Under the pieces are notes generated by a model. That model was not told the DNA's origin. It ran no database searches and worked only from the letters and a program-made list of their open reading frames with translations. Source: Actinomycetota bacterium (lineage in GTDB: Bacteria; Actinomycetota; Acidimicrobiia; Acidimicrobiales; VFJN01). Taken from it: a DNA stretch of 64,000 nt. The stretch is from NCBI GenBank assembly GCA_049325515.1, contig JBMOLI010000001.1:577171-641170 (forward strand), written 5' to 3'. Position 1 is the first letter of the stretch; each line of letters begins with the position of its first letter. The translations under genes were made by a program, and so were the position numbers. Shown in pieces: positions 1 to 8,785 of this stretch.

Positions 1-1221
1 CAGCTCTCCAAGTCGATCTGCTGCCTCTTCCGCGGTGGCGACGTCCTCGCCTCCGTAGGCGGGTGCACCCACGGTGATCAGGCGGATGCCCTGCCGCCGG
101 GCCTGCTCGCCGATGGCCGCGTGGGCCTCATCGCTACCCTCACCGAGCTCCGCCATGACACCGAGCACTGCGAAGCGGCGCTCGGCTTGGAGGGCGGACA
201 ACGAGTCAAGGGCAGCCGCCACCGAGGTGGGGTTGGCGTTGTAGGCGTCGTTGAGCACGAGGCATCCGTCGGGTGCGGTGGTCAGCTCCATCCGCCAGGG
301 CGACAGCACGGCGCCGGCCAGGCCCGTGGCGACCTCGTCGACGGTCAAGCCGCACGCCAGCGCGGCCGCGGCCGCGGCCAGCGCGTTGTCCACCTGGTGC
401 ACGCCCCGCACCGCGAGCCGCACCTCCGCCTCGCCCCATGGCGAGCGCAGGCCGAAGTGAGCCCTCAACGAGTGGTCGAGCGAGATGTGCTCAGCACCTA
501 CATCGCCACCTTCGCCGAACGTCAGCACCGCTGCTCTCGTCTCGGATGCCATCGCGGCGACCCGGTGATCGCCCGCGTTCAGCACCGCGGTGCCCGAGGC
601 CGGGAGGTGATGCACCAGCTCGGCCTTGGCGGCGGCGACGGCCTCTATCGATCCGAACACCTCCGTGTGGACCTCTGCCACGCGCGTGACGATGCCGATG
701 GTCGGCGTGGCGATGTCGCACAGCGCCGCGATGTGTCCCACATCGCGCGCTCCCATCTCGACGACCACTGCCTCGGCATCGGCGGGAGCGTCGAGCAAGG
801 TGATCGGTACGCCGAGCTCGTTGTTGAACGATCGCAGGCTCGCCGCGGTCCGCATTCGCTCGGAGAGAACGCTGGCGACCATGTCCTTCACGGTCGTCTT
901 GCCGACCGAACCGGTGATGCCGATGACGGGGCATGACAGCGTCGAGCGAGCGTGCCGTCCAGCCGCCTGCAGCGCCTGGACGGTGTCATCAACGACGATC
1001 GCGCTGCCTCCGACGGGTTGGCCGCTGGTCAGGTAGGCCACGGCTCCCGCGGCGAGAGCGTCGGCGATGAAGCTGTGCCCGTCTCGATCCGCGACCACCG
1101 GCACGAAGAGCTGGCCGGTCCGCACGGATCGCGAGTCGATCGATGCTCCGTCGATCACGAGGTCGGGGCCGTCGAGGCGGCCAGCGACGGCGGTGGCGAG
1201 CTCGGAGCAGCGCAGCTTCAT
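1..1221 (-). CDS. murF: UDP-N-acetylmuramoyl-tripeptide--D-alanyl-D-alanine ligase (MurF); 3' end cut by the window edge
   Basis: Absent from the ORF track because there is no stop inside the window. My reverse-strand translation from the ATG at 1221 reads MKLRCSELATAVAGRLDGPDLVIDGASIDSRSV. It contains the Mur-ligase P-loop CPVIGITGSVGKTTVKDM (about 890-935). The gene is divergent from ddl. Confidence 0.85.
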   Translation of the reverse strand, partial: MKLRCSELATAVAGRLDGPDLVIDGASIDSRSVRTGQLFVPVVADRDGHSFIADALAAGAVAYLTSGQPVGGSAIVVDDTVQALQAAGRHARSTLSCPVIGITGSVGKTTVKDMVASVLSERMRTAASLRSFNNELGVPITLLDAPADAEAVVVEMGARDVGHIAALCDIATPTIGIVTRVAEVHTEVFGSIEAVAAAKAELVHHLPASGTAVLNAGDHRVAAMASETRAAVLTFGEGGDVGAEHISLDHSLRAHFGLRSPWGEAEVRLAVRGVHQVDNALAAAAAALACGLTVDEVATGLAGAVLSPWRMELTTAPDGCLVLNDAYNANPTSVAAALDSLSALQAERRFAVLGVMAELGEGSDEAHAAIGEQARRQGIRLITVGAPAYGGEDVATAEEAADRLGEL

Positions 1222-1270
1222 GGTTGGCAGAGTCTCTCAGGCGGACGCGACCCGCCCGTACACTTCGCGC

Positions 1271-2368
1271 ATGGCCTCCCCCGACAGGATCCGGCTCGTC
1301 GTGCTCTTCGGGGGCCAGTCGGCTGAGCACGAGGTCTCGTGCGTCTCGGCCTACCACGTGCTGCGGGCCGTCGATCCGGCCCGCTACGAGCTGGAAGCGA
1401 TCGGGATAACCCGGGAAGGCCAGTGGGTGCGGGCCGACGACGCGATCGCTGCCTTGCAGGCGGGCTCGAGCGCCCTACCTCAGGCGCAGGGCGGCGATCG
1501 CTTGGAGGCCGTCGGCACGGCGGTCGAGCCGCTGCCGACGGTGCGACCCGCCACCACCGACGATCTGCCCGTCGTCGTCCTCCCGCTGCTGCACGGCACG
1601 CGCGGCGAGGACGGCACCGTCCAGGGCATGCTCGAGCTGGCCAACGTTCCCTTCGTCGGCTCAGGCGTGCTCGGCTCCGCCTTGTGCATGGACAAGCTGA
1701 AGGCCAAGGACGTCCTTGCCGCACATGGGCTGCCGCAGGTTCCGTGGACAGGCGTGCGCGACGTCGACCTCGACGACGTCATCGGTCGCGTCACCGAGGC
1801 GGGCCTTGTGCACCCCTTGTTCGTCAAGCCCGCCAACCTCGGGTCGTCCGTGGGGGTCTCACGCGTCGTCGACGACGCCGAGCTGTTGCAGGCGTGCCAT
1901 CTCGCTGCCCTGTACGACGAGTGGGTCATCGTCGAGCAGGCTTCGACCGGCCGAGAGATCGAGGTGGCCGTGCTCGGCAACGAAGCCCCGCGCGCATCTG
2001 TGCCGGGCGAGGTTCGCCCCAGCCACGACTTCTACGACTACGAGGACAAGTACCTCGATGGCGCGGCAGATCTGGTGATCCCAGCGGAGCTGCCCGCAGA
2101 CGTAGTCGCGCATCTGCAAGACCTCGCTGTCCGAGCCTTCACCGCTCTGCGGTGCGATGGCATGGCGAGAGTCGACTTCTTCTACGAGGCGGACGGTGCC
2201 GGGGTGCTGATCAACGAGGTCAACACGATCCCCGGCTTCACGCCGATCTCGATGTACCCCAAGCTCTGGGACGCGAGCGGTCTCCCCTACGGCGCTCTGA
2301 TCGACGAGCTGGTCCGGCTGGCCCTCGAGCGCCATGAGCGGCGCGGCCGCCTCTCCACCAAGCGCTAG
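1271..2368 (+). CDS. ddl: D-alanine--D-alanine ligase
   Basis: This is the internal ATG (residue 69) of track ORF 1067..2368. The protein starts MASPDRIRLVVLFGGQSAEHEVS and carries the ATP-grasp C-terminal motif LINEVNTIPGFT. Length is 365 aa. Confidence 0.93.
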   Translation: MASPDRIRLVVLFGGQSAEHEVSCVSAYHVLRAVDPARYELEAIGITREGQWVRADDAIAALQAGSSALPQAQGGDRLEAVGTAVEPLPTVRPATTDDLPVVVLPLLHGTRGEDGTVQGMLELANVPFVGSGVLGSALCMDKLKAKDVLAAHGLPQVPWTGVRDVDLDDVIGRVTEAGLVHPLFVKPANLGSSVGVSRVVDDAELLQACHLAALYDEWVIVEQASTGREIEVAVLGNEAPRASVPGEVRPSHDFYDYEDKYLDGAADLVIPAELPADVVAHLQDLAVRAFTALRCDGMARVDFFYEADGAGVLINEVNTIPGFTPISMYPKLWDASGLPYGALIDELVRLALERHERRGRLSTKR

Positions 2369-2389
2369 GGCGCGGTCGTTTCGAGCAGC

Positions 2390-2998
2390 TCAATCTGCGG
2401 CTGTGCCTCCCGCTCGTTCGGCTTCCCTGATGATCTGGGCGATGTGCTCGCGCTCGCGCTCGGCGAGCACCGTCCATCGGGCACGCACGAGCGGTGCTCC
2501 GGCGATCGCCTCGGCTTCGCCTGTCACAACCTGACCATCCGGCAGGGTGAGGCGCACTCCCAGGCGGTCGCCCGCCACCACCCCGATCGGCGGCACCTGG
2601 GCCGCGAACCCGTCCGCGGAGACGTCGACCGTCTCGCCCTCGACCCAGCCGGGCGGCTCGCCCTCGGCTTCCGATACGTCGACGTGCAGCAGGAGGTTCA
2701 CGCGGTGCGAGGCGCGGCGCTGCGAGATCCGCAGCTCGGGCGCGGTGGTGACGATGCCGTGCGCTCCGCGCTGCGCCACGACACGAACCTCGCCGGTCAC
2801 CCATCCTTTCGGATCGGGTACGCCGATCGAGATCAGCTCGCCGATCTCCGGGTCGGCGGCATGATCGCCGTCTTGCACGTCGAGCACCAGACGGTCCCAC
2901 GCTGCCAGCGTGGCGTGGTAGCGCCCGCTTCCTCGCTCGCCGCAAACCGTCACGGGCGCCCGATAGAGCGCGTCCAGATCGACTTCGTCCCTGCCCAT
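2390..2998 (-). CDS. PilZ domain protein (putative c-di-GMP receptor)
   Basis: 202-aa ORF with the two PilZ signature elements RRxxxR (SQRRASHRV) and DxSxxG (DVSADGF). Confidence 0.7.
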   Translation of the reverse strand: MGRDEVDLDALYRAPVTVCGERGSGRYHATLAAWDRLVLDVQDGDHAADPEIGELISIGVPDPKGWVTGEVRVVAQRGAHGIVTTAPELRISQRRASHRVNLLLHVDVSEAEGEPPGWVEGETVDVSADGFAAQVPPIGVVAGDRLGVRLTLPDGQVVTGEAEAIAGAPLVRARWTVLAEREREHIAQIIREAERAGGTAAD

Positions 2999-3035
2999 CT
3001 CGCCCCTCCCTCAACTCCCGTATCGCTCTAGTTCA

Positions 3036-3644
3036 TCACTCCACGACGAGCGATGCGCGCAGCAGCGCCAACAGCTCGTCGCGGCGGCGCACCAGCGACG
3101 CCAGGCTGCGCTCCTCGCCGAAGGCGCGCAGCACCTCCACCTCCGTCGCCAGGCCGGCAACCATCGAGTAGGCGGCGAGCAGCAGCAGGCGCGGATCGTG
3201 GCGCCTCATGCGGCCGGCGTCCATCTCATCTTCGAGGTAGCCGGCGGCGCGGTCGACCAGCGGCTGGAGCTGCGTGAGCAGGCGACTGGATGCTGGCGGG
3301 CCCAGCCTCGTCACCTCCCGCATGAAGCCGAGCATGGTGGGGTGGCGCGCCGCGAGCCTGAACATCACCCGCACGATCGCCTCGACGCGGTCAAAGCCCT
3401 CACCCGCCCGAGCCAGTCCTCGCTCGAGTCGCCCCGTCACCTCTTCGCCGCAACGATCGACGACGGCCTCGAGCAGCGCCTCCTTCGACGGGTACCAATA
3501 GAGGATCGTCTGCTTGCGGATGCCGAGCAGGCGAGCAAGGTCGTCCAGGGAGGTGGCCTCGTATCCGCGGGTGCCGAACTCGGCCATCGCTGCAACGAGG
3601 ATGCGGTCGGCCGTCGCTCTCTTCGTCTCCCCACCCGAGGCCAT
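3036..3644 (-). CDS. TetR family transcriptional regulator
   Basis: N-terminal TetR helix-turn-helix: ILVAAMAEFGTRGYEATSLDDLARLLGIRKQTILYWYPSKEALL. Divergent from the lipid-type operon that starts at 3668. Confidence 0.9.
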   Translation of the reverse strand: MASGGETKRATADRILVAAMAEFGTRGYEATSLDDLARLLGIRKQTILYWYPSKEALLEAVVDRCGEEVTGRLERGLARAGEGFDRVEAIVRVMFRLAARHPTMLGFMREVTRLGPPASSRLLTQLQPLVDRAAGYLEDEMDAGRMRRHDPRLLLLAAYSMVAGLATEVEVLRAFGEERSLASLVRRRDELLALLRASLVVE

Positions 3645-3659
3645 CTACCAGATGGTAGA
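3644..3659. promoter_or_regulatory. Candidate TetR operator: inverted repeat TCTACCA-GA-TGGTAGA
   Basis: Perfect 7-bp arms with a 2-nt spacer. The site lies in the 23-bp gap between the divergent TetR start (3644) and the reductase start (3668), overlapping the first base of the TetR start codon. Confidence 0.45.
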
Positions 3660-3667
3660 CAGATGCG

Positions 3668-6022
3668 GTGATCCCCGACGTCCTAGCGGGCAAGCGCATC
3701 GCCATCACCGGCGGAACTGGCTTCCTCGGCACCGCACTGATCGAGCGGCTGCTCCGAAGCGTCCCCGGCTGTGAGCTCGTGCTGCTGATACGCCCGGGCA
3801 AGCGAGCGACGGTCGAGCAGCGTGCCAAGCGGGAGATCTTCAGCAACAACGCCTTCGACCGGCTGCGCTCCGAGATGGGCAAGGACGGCTTCACGGCCAT
3901 GGTCGCGGAGCGGGTCACGCCCATCGCCGGTGACGTGGGCACCGACGGCCTGGCGCTCGAGGATGCTGGCAGCGAGCTGCTGGCGGCGTGCGACCTCGTG
4001 ATCCACTCGGCCGCCACGGTCTCGTTCGACTCGCCGCTAGACAGCGCCGTCGAGGTGAACCTGCTCGGCCCCAGCCGGATCGTCGCCGCACTTCACGACT
4101 TGGGCGTTGCGCCACACCTCATCTCGGTGTCCACGTGCTACGTGGCGGGGAACCGTCGGGGCGCTGCTCCGGAGATCCCCGTGCACGAGAGCCCCTTCTT
4201 CGTCGACGTCGACTGGCGCACCGAGGTCGATGGCGCGCGCCGTGCCCGCTCCAACGCAGAGGCTGACAGCCGCCGCCCGGCCGCGCTGACCGGGTTCCGC
4301 AAGGAGGCACACACGGAGATCGGTGCTGCCGGCGTGCCCGCCCTGGCCGCCAAGACCGAGCAGCGAAGGGCGGCGTGGGTTCGCGAGCAGATGGTGGAGG
4401 CGGGCCGCGCTAGAGCGGCGTCGCTCGGCTGGCCCGACGCCTACGCGTACACCAAGGCGCTCGGCGAACGAGCCCTGCTCCAGAACAGAGGCGCTGTGCC
4501 GGTCACGATCGTGCGGCCCTCGATCATCGAGTCGTCCATCCAAGAGCCGTACCCAGGCTGGATCCGCGGCTTCCGCATGGCCGAGCCCGTCATCATCTCC
4601 TACGCCCGCGGGCTCCTGAAGGAGTTCCCCGGCGTGCCCGAGGGCACCATCGACGTCATCCCCGTCGACCTCGTCGTCGCAGCGATCATCGAAGCCGCCG
4701 CATCGCCGGCGCCCGCCGAGCCGGCCATCACCCAGGTCGCCTCGGGGTCGATCAACCCGCTGCGCTACCGGCACCTGGTCGACATGGTGCGCGCCTTCTT
4801 CACCGAGCACCCCATCTACGACGCCGAGGGCCAGCCGATCATCGTGCCCGAGTGGTCGTTCCCGGGTCGTGGGCGAGTGCAGCGCCAGCTCGAGCGGGCC
4901 AAGTCAGCCATAGAGCGAGGCGAGACCGCCCTCCAGTCGCTCCCGCTTCGTGGCAAGCAGGCGTCGTGGGCAGCCACGCTGGAAGAGAAGCGCGAGGAGG
5001 TCGAGCGAGCGCTCGCCTACGTCGAGCTCTACGGCGCCTACGCCGAGTGCGAGGCGATCTACGGCGTCGACAACCTCCTGGCCCGATGGGAGCGGATGGC
5101 CCCCGAGGACCAGGCCACGTTCTGCTTCGACCCGCGTGTGATCGACTGGGATCACTACGCACCGAGCGTTCACCTGCCATCGGTGGTCGAGCACTCCCGC
5201 GTGCGAACGACGCCGGGTGGCCGAGCCGGTGAGCGCCGCGAAGACCGCCTTCGCCGCCAGGTGCTCGACCCGGCGCGCCACTTCGCCGCCTTCGACCTGG
5301 AGAACACCCTGATCGCGTCGAACGTGGTGGCCTCCTACTCCTGGCTGGCGACGCGACGGCTGCCACGCGAAGACCGCGTCCGCTTCGTGGCGCAGACGCT
5401 CCGCGAAGCACCCCGCCTGCTCGCGCTCGATCGTCGCGACCGGAGCGACTTCCTGCGCCACTTCTACCGCCGCTACGAGGGCGCCGACATCGAGCAGCTC
5501 GAGGCCGACGCTGTGGAGATGTTCAGCGACCTCATCCTCACCAAGTCGTTCCCTGCCGCGATCCGGCGAGTGCGGGAGCACAAGCGCCTCGGCCACCGCA
5601 CGGTCCTGATCACCGGCGCGCTCGATCTCGCCATCAAGCCGCTCCGACCGCTGTTCGATGATGTGGTCGCACCGTCGCTGGCACGCCGAGCGGATGGCAC
5701 CTACCGCGGCGAGCTGACCGACGTTCCCCCGACCGGTGAGGCGCGCGCGTCGGCCCTGTTCGACTACGCAGCCGAGCACGGCTTCGATCTCGCGGAGGGC
5801 ATCGCCTACGCCGACTCCACCTCCGACCTGCCGATGCTGGAGGCGGTCGGCTTCCCCGTCGCCGTCAACCCCGAGACCCGCTTGGCCGCCTTGGCCCGCA
5901 AGCGCGGCTGGCTCGTCGAGCACTTCGACAAGGCCAAGGGGGGCCCCAACCCGCTTCTGCCGATCGGCCCGGAGTGGGGACGCCCGCGCCGCCGCCACGT
6001 CGGCAAGGTGGCGACCAGATGA
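3668..6022 (+). CDS. Fusion protein: fatty acyl-CoA/ACP reductase (NAD_binding_4 type SDR) + HAD-IB hydrolase domain
   Basis: GTG start. The N-terminus has ITGGTGFLGTALIERLL (GxxGxxG) and YAYTK (YxxxK), as in fatty acyl reductases. The C-terminal third has HAD motifs FDLENTL (motif I, with Glu in place of the second Asp) and YADSTSDLPML (motif IV). Confidence 0.85.
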   Translation: MIPDVLAGKRIAITGGTGFLGTALIERLLRSVPGCELVLLIRPGKRATVEQRAKREIFSNNAFDRLRSEMGKDGFTAMVAERVTPIAGDVGTDGLALEDAGSELLAACDLVIHSAATVSFDSPLDSAVEVNLLGPSRIVAALHDLGVAPHLISVSTCYVAGNRRGAAPEIPVHESPFFVDVDWRTEVDGARRARSNAEADSRRPAALTGFRKEAHTEIGAAGVPALAAKTEQRRAAWVREQMVEAGRARAASLGWPDAYAYTKALGERALLQNRGAVPVTIVRPSIIESSIQEPYPGWIRGFRMAEPVIISYARGLLKEFPGVPEGTIDVIPVDLVVAAIIEAAASPAPAEPAITQVASGSINPLRYRHLVDMVRAFFTEHPIYDAEGQPIIVPEWSFPGRGRVQRQLERAKSAIERGETALQSLPLRGKQASWAATLEEKREEVERALAYVELYGAYAECEAIYGVDNLLARWERMAPEDQATFCFDPRVIDWDHYAPSVHLPSVVEHSRVRTTPGGRAGERREDRLRRQVLDPARHFAAFDLENTLIASNVVASYSWLATRRLPREDRVRFVAQTLREAPRLLALDRRDRSDFLRHFYRRYEGADIEQLEADAVEMFSDLILTKSFPAAIRRVREHKRLGHRTVLITGALDLAIKPLRPLFDDVVAPSLARRADGTYRGELTDVPPTGEARASALFDYAAEHGFDLAEGIAYADSTSDLPMLEAVGFPVAVNPETRLAALARKRGWLVEHFDKAKGGPNPLLPIGPEWGRPRRRHVGKVATR

Positions 6023-6035
6023 CAGTGCTCAGCTC

Positions 6036-7190
6036 ATGAAGGCGCTCGTCTTCTCCCGCAAGCCGGTGAAGTTCGCCGCCGCCATGGTCGCCGGTCGCGT
6101 CTCACCCGGGGCCGGCGCGCGGGTCGGACCGCTTGCGCTGCGGGACACGGACCCTCCGGAGCTACCAGGGCAGGGCTGGGTCAGAGTGCGACCGCGGCTG
6201 GCGGGCATATGCGGATCCGACCTGGCAACGATCGACGGCACCTCGTCCCGGTGGTTCGAGCCGATCGTGTCGTTCCCGTTCACGCCCGGCCACGAGATCG
6301 TCGGCGAGCTCGACGACGGCGCTCGCGTCGTCGTCATCCCGGTGCTGAGCTGTGTGGCGAGAGGCATCCAACCTCCCTGCGAGGCCTGCGCGGACGGCCG
6401 CATCAACCACTGCGAGCGCCTGGGCCACGGGCAGCTCGAGCCGGGCTTGCAGTGCGGGTTCTGCGAGTCGACCGGTGGGGGCTGGTCCACCTTGATGGTG
6501 GCTCACGAGTCCCAGCTCATCAGCGTGCCCGACGGGATGTCCGACGAGGCCGCCGTGATGGTCGAGCCGACCGCCTGCGCGGTCCACGCGGCCACCCAGG
6601 TGGAGGCCACTCGAGTCGCGGTCATCGGTGCCGGCACCCTCGGCCTGCTCACCATCGCGGCCCTGAGAGCTGTGCGCCCCGACATCGAGCTGCTCGCAAC
6701 CGCCAAGCACCCGCACCAGCGCGCGCTGGCGCTCGAGCTCGGCGCGGACGCGGTCGTCGCTCCCGGCGAGCTCGAGCGGTCCGTTCGGGCTCGCACAGGC
6801 TCGATGCGGCTCGACTCTGGTCAGCTGACGGGCGGGATCCCAGCGGTTGTCGACTGCGTCGGCTCGGCCGACTCCATCGCCCAAGCGCTGCGCATAGCGG
6901 CACCGGGCGGCAGGATCCACGCAGTCGGCATGCCTGGTGTGACCACCGTCGATCTGACCCCGCTGTGGCAGCGGGAGGTCTCGTTGCGCGGCACCTACGC
7001 CTACGAGCGCGGCGACTTCGAGCGGGCGATCGGCCTCGTCGAGGCGCTCGACCTCGGCAGGCTGGTCAGCGCCACCTACCCGTTGCGCCGCTATGAGGAC
7101 GCCATCGCGCACGCAGCGTCAGCTGGCTCGCGCGGGGCCGTCAAAGTCGCCTTCGACCTCCGGCCGGAGAAGGAGAGGGAGAGCATCTGA
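6036..7190 (+). CDS. Zinc-dependent alcohol dehydrogenase family (MDR) oxidoreductase
   Basis: Internal ATG (residue 101) of track ORF 5736..7190. Motifs seen: MKALVF, GICGSDL, PGHEIVGEL, structural-zinc cysteines (CEACADGRINHC) and a Rossmann VIGAGTLG. Confidence 0.85.
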   Translation: MKALVFSRKPVKFAAAMVAGRVSPGAGARVGPLALRDTDPPELPGQGWVRVRPRLAGICGSDLATIDGTSSRWFEPIVSFPFTPGHEIVGELDDGARVVVIPVLSCVARGIQPPCEACADGRINHCERLGHGQLEPGLQCGFCESTGGGWSTLMVAHESQLISVPDGMSDEAAVMVEPTACAVHAATQVEATRVAVIGAGTLGLLTIAALRAVRPDIELLATAKHPHQRALALELGADAVVAPGELERSVRARTGSMRLDSGQLTGGIPAVVDCVGSADSIAQALRIAAPGGRIHAVGMPGVTTVDLTPLWQREVSLRGTYAYERGDFERAIGLVEALDLGRLVSATYPLRRYEDAIAHAASAGSRGAVKVAFDLRPEKERESI

Positions 7191-8785
7191 TGCCCCGCCC
7201 AGGGTTCGTCCTCGAGGTCGATCGATCGACCCCACCGATCCTGTTCCACCACGGTGAGTCGCTGCGGCTCGAGCGGCTGCCTGCCGGGCGCTCCCGGGTG
7301 CTGTACCCCGGAGAGCCCCTCGACGAGCTCGACGACGTCGACGGCGAGATCCGCCACGCGCTCGACAACCCGCTCGGCGACAGCGCGCCGCTGAGGGCGC
7401 TGCTGCACCCCGGGATGAAGCTGACGATCGCGTTCGACGACATCAGCCTCCCCCTCCCGCCGATGCGCCGGCCCGACGTCCGCCAGCGCGTCATCGAGGC
7501 GGTGCTCGATCTGGCCGCCGCAGCGGGAGTCGACGACGTCCACCTCATCGCAGCACTCGCACTGCACCGGCGCATGACGGAGGCCGAGCTGAGGCATGCG
7601 GTCGGAGACCGCGTGTACGACGCCTTCGCACCGCACGGCCTCCTCTACAACCACGACGCGGAAGACCTCGAGAACCTGGCCTTCCTCGGCACGACGCGCC
7701 ACGGGGAAGAGGTGGAGATCAACAAGCGTGCCGCCGACAGCGACCTCATCGTCTACGTGAACATCAACCTCGTGTCGATGGACGGCGGCTGGAAGTCGAC
7801 CGCCACCGGTCTGTCGTCGTACCGCTCGCTCCGACATCACCACAACGTGAGGACGATGGAGCAGTCGCGAAGCTTCATGGATCGCCACGCCAGCGAGCTG
7901 CACTCGAGCAACTGGCGCATGGGTGAGGTGCTCCGCGACGCGGGCGTGAAGGTCTTCCAGATCGAGACGACGCTCAACAACGACACGTTCGGCACCTCTG
8001 GGCCGATGTCGGTGCTGCAGAAGCGCGAGTGGGAGTGGACGGCGCGCGACCGCGCCACGTTCATCGGGATGAAGGCCGGCCTCGACCGCCTCCCGATGAA
8101 GGCACGCCGCAAGATCTTCAACTCCTGGCTGGCGCCCTACGGCGTGACCTCGGTGCAGGCGGGCGAGGTGGAGGCGGTGCATGAGGTGACGACAGCCAAC
8201 GTCTTCGCCCAGCAGCTCGTGCCGGTCGAAGGCCAGACCGACATCCTGACGATGGGCCTACCCTACATCTGCCCGTACAACGTCAACTCCGTGATGAACC
8301 CGATCCTCGTGATGTGCCTGGGCCTCGGCTACTTCTTCAACATGTACCGCGGCCGGCCCCTCGTGCGTGAGGGCGGTGTGCTGATCATGAGCCACCCCAC
8401 GCCGTGGGAGTTCAACCCGGTCCACCATCCCAGCTACATCGACTTCTTCGAGCAGGTGCTCGCCGACACGACCGACCCGGCCGAGATCGAAGCCCGCTAC
8501 GAGAAGCAGTACGCCGAGGACGAGTGGTACCGCCACCTCTACCGCACCAGCTACGCCTACCACGGGGTCCATCCGTTCTACATGTGGTACTGGGGCTGCC
8601 ACGGCATGGCCCACGTCGGCAAGGTGATCATCGTCGGCGGCGAGCCGCGCGCGGTCCGGCGCCTGGGGTTCACGCCGGCCTCCACCCTCACCGACGCGCT
8701 GGAGATGGCATCCGACGTGGTCGGCCGCGACGCCACCATCACCCACCTCCACAACCCTCCGATCGTCATGGCAGACGTCCGATGA
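7190..8785 (+). CDS. LarA-like (lactate racemase N-terminal domain / DUF2088) protein
   Basis: 531 aa. The ATG overlaps the ADH stop (TGATG). By-eye colinearity with LarA as I recall it: LDNPLGDSAPL, KLTIAFDDISLPLP, LIAALALHRRMTEAEL, INKRAADSDLIV, MDGGWKS. Confidence 0.6.
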   Translation: MPRPGFVLEVDRSTPPILFHHGESLRLERLPAGRSRVLYPGEPLDELDDVDGEIRHALDNPLGDSAPLRALLHPGMKLTIAFDDISLPLPPMRRPDVRQRVIEAVLDLAAAAGVDDVHLIAALALHRRMTEAELRHAVGDRVYDAFAPHGLLYNHDAEDLENLAFLGTTRHGEEVEINKRAADSDLIVYVNINLVSMDGGWKSTATGLSSYRSLRHHHNVRTMEQSRSFMDRHASELHSSNWRMGEVLRDAGVKVFQIETTLNNDTFGTSGPMSVLQKREWEWTARDRATFIGMKAGLDRLPMKARRKIFNSWLAPYGVTSVQAGEVEAVHEVTTANVFAQQLVPVEGQTDILTMGLPYICPYNVNSVMNPILVMCLGLGYFFNMYRGRPLVREGGVLIMSHPTPWEFNPVHHPSYIDFFEQVLADTTDPAEIEARYEKQYAEDEWYRHLYRTSYAYHGVHPFYMWYWGCHGMAHVGKVIIVGGEPRAVRRLGFTPASTLTDALEMASDVVGRDATITHLHNPPIVMADVR

